Source: an uncultured Bacilli bacterium
Lineage (GTDB): Bacteria > Bacillota_I > Bacilli_A > RFN20 > CAG-449
Reading direction: 5' to 3'
DNA: 64,000 nt
NCBI GenBank assembly: GCA_947595215.1
Contig: CANQEO010000005.1
Location: 10,776-74,775, forward strand
In this document: piece by piece, positions 62,180 through 64,000 of the stretch
Numbering within the stretch: position 1 is the stretch's first letter
How the letters are laid out: the number at the start of each line of letters is the position of its first letter
Notes under the pieces: model-generated
Database searches by the model: none
Told to the model about the DNA's origin: nothing
What the model saw: only the letters and a program-made list of their open reading frames with translations
Translations under genes and position numbers: made by a program

Positions 62180-63964
62180 ATGAACAAATCAATTTTTTTA
62201 TCTTTGCTTTTTCTTTTGATGTTACCACTAATAACTATAAAAAATAACGTTGTTAATGCTATCAATAGCGATGAATCTTCGCAAATTTGTAACGCTATTA
62301 ATGTCGATCAAGATTCTAAAGGTATATATTTAGTTTCTGAAAAATTAATGGAACCTGTTAACTTACTCCCTAATGAATCAATTTATAACTCTAATATAGG
62401 TATCATAAAGATGAAAGATGCTATACAAATTAATAACCCATCAAGTGGTTATTTAAGTTTGGTATTACAATTTGAAAAAGGTTATGCGCCTAGTGATTCT
62501 TCAAATATAAATAATATTTATAGTGCCTTAAAATTTGACTTATGGAGTTCAGATAACTTTTCGAATATTTATTCTTTTGACAGTAAGAAAAATCATATTG
62601 AAAAATTTACAGATTTAATGTCATATAGCGACGAATACATAAGTTTTAAATACAACAAATTTCTTTATATTTATATCAATTGTATTAATTTTCCGAACAC
62701 TTTTGTATTAGGCAAATTAAAAGACAAGGAATCTTTTTCTTTCACGATTGATAGTAATAATCAATATGGTGTTATAAAAGATGCCATGCTTACTAGCCGT
62801 AAAGTAAATTATATATTTACACCAAATTTAGAGCGTTCAACTTATGGAAGATATGCTTGTATGAAAAAGATGGAATCTTATGTTAACGATTATCAAATTT
62901 CTATTGATATCACCGATCCACTATCGTTATCAGAGATATTAAAATTAATTCACCCATATGATAAAAATGACGGAGAATTACAAATAGAGATATTAGAAGA
63001 TCATTATAGTAATGCGATTAAAAATAAATCTCTCGGAGTCTTTCTTGTGAAACTAAAAACTACAAATTTATCTAAAAGTTCATCTTATTTAAATTTATAT
63101 ATATCCTTGTCAGATAATAAAGCTCCCCTTATCGAAGGACCATTTGTAATAACTCTTTCTTATTTAAATAATGAGACATCAGAAAGCATTTTAAAGAGAT
63201 TTAACATTACCGACAATAGCGGATTTGTAAATGCAACTTTAAATGATGAAGGAGTTAATTACAATAAAATAGGTTCCTATGTTCTATCAATAGATGCGAT
63301 TGATAGTAGTGGTAATACAAATTCCCATATTTTCAAAGTAGAAATTATCGATGATGTTGCCCCATTTTTTGTCGGACCAGATAATTATTATATTGAAACA
63401 AGTAAACTTCCAAATATTAATGATCTCTTAAAGAACAAAATATATGCTTACGATGAAATCGATAAATTCATAGATTTTGAAATTATCTATGATGAATATT
63501 CTACATCATCTAAAGCGGTTGGAAACTATCAAGTTACTTTAAAAGCTGTTGATAATAATGGTAATATGACAACTAAAAATATAACCATTGTCGTCTTAAA
63601 TTCTAATCCGATTTGGTATATTGATGAAATGAAATTGATTATTACGCCTCATCAAAAATTAAGCGCGATGGATGTAGTTACATTACTCAAAGAACAAAGA
63701 ATGATTGAAGATATCACATATGTTGAAGCATCGTTTTTAAATGACGCATATCAACAAAATTATAATATAGAAGGGATTTACGATACAACCCTTGCCGTCA
63801 AAGCACAAGATAATAGAGAAATGATTTTCAGCGTTAAGTTAGAAGTACGAGAAAAAGAAAATGAAGAATCGATAGAATTAAACTTTTTTGAAAAAATATG
63901 GTTTAATATAGTTTCCTTTTTCAATAATATTTGGCAAAGTATTAAAAGCATATTTTCTTTTTAG
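62180..63964 (+). CDS. Secreted/surface protein with two bacterial Ig-like (DUF5011-type) domains and a hydrophobic C-terminus.
   Basis: The signal peptide is 'MNKSIFLSLLFLLMLPLITIKNNVVNA'. Two segments, 'IGSYVLSIDAIDSSGNTNSHIFKVEIIDDVAPF' and 'VGNYQVTLKAVDNNGNMTTKNITIVV', match the Ig-like 'G.Y.vt..a.D.sGN…v.V.D' pattern. Confidence 0.5.
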   Translation: MNKSIFLSLLFLLMLPLITIKNNVVNAINSDESSQICNAINVDQDSKGIYLVSEKLMEPVNLLPNESIYNSNIGIIKMKDAIQINNPSSGYLSLVLQFEKGYAPSDSSNINNIYSALKFDLWSSDNFSNIYSFDSKKNHIEKFTDLMSYSDEYISFKYNKFLYIYINCINFPNTFVLGKLKDKESFSFTIDSNNQYGVIKDAMLTSRKVNYIFTPNLERSTYGRYACMKKMESYVNDYQISIDITDPLSLSEILKLIHPYDKNDGELQIEILEDHYSNAIKNKSLGVFLVKLKTTNLSKSSSYLNLYISLSDNKAPLIEGPFVITLSYLNNETSESILKRFNITDNSGFVNATLNDEGVNYNKIGSYVLSIDAIDSSGNTNSHIFKVEIIDDVAPFFVGPDNYYIETSKLPNINDLLKNKIYAYDEIDKFIDFEIIYDEYSTSSKAVGNYQVTLKAVDNNGNMTTKNITIVVLNSNPIWYIDEMKLIITPHQKLSAMDVVTLLKEQRMIEDITYVEASFLNDAYQQNYNIEGIYDTTLAVKAQDNREMIFSVKLEVREKENEESIELNFFEKIWFNIVSFFNNIWQSIKSIFSF

Positions 63965-64000
63965 ATACTTTTAGCACTCATATATTGACACTGCTAAATC

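Overview
This 64-kb window is low-GC (AT-rich), Firmicutes-like chromosomal DNA that appears to use the standard bacterial genetic code. The gene content suggests an Erysipelotrichia-like or Mollicutes-related gut anaerobe: desulfoferrodoxin, choloylglycine (bile-salt) hydrolase and a gatCAB transamidation operon are all present. Recognisable housekeeping genes are pepP, mrp/apbC, yigZ, trx, deoD, ddl, a murF-like ligase, glmM, cdaA, feoA-feoA-feoB, a dtxR-family regulator, pcrA-ligA-gatC-gatA-gatB, galE and asnS. There are two tRNAs, Gly-GCC and Ser-CGA. I found no CRISPR array, integrase, transposase or phage genes.

The main unexplained content is:
- a 7.8-kb gene for a 2591-aa, membrane-anchored, extremely acidic protein containing three ~1.3-kb tandem repeats that are still similar at nucleotide level;
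- a tightly coupled cluster of a DUF975-like membrane protein, a double BcrAD/BadFG-type ATPase 'activase' and an HgdB-like dehydratase subunit;
- a membrane-anchored protein whose GGDEF and EAL domains both look degenerate;
- a MurF-like ligase whose N-terminal domain is replaced by a 5-TM membrane domain;
- a decayed accessory patch next to tRNA-Gly with a Fic-family remnant and a hydrolase fragment;
- a feo operon with two GTTAG-N6-CTAAC operator-like palindromes and an adjacent DtxR-family regulator;
- an intrinsic terminator, with no cdaR, between cdaA and glmM.

All protein-family assignments were made by eye from motifs in the supplied translations, not by database search, and should be verified.
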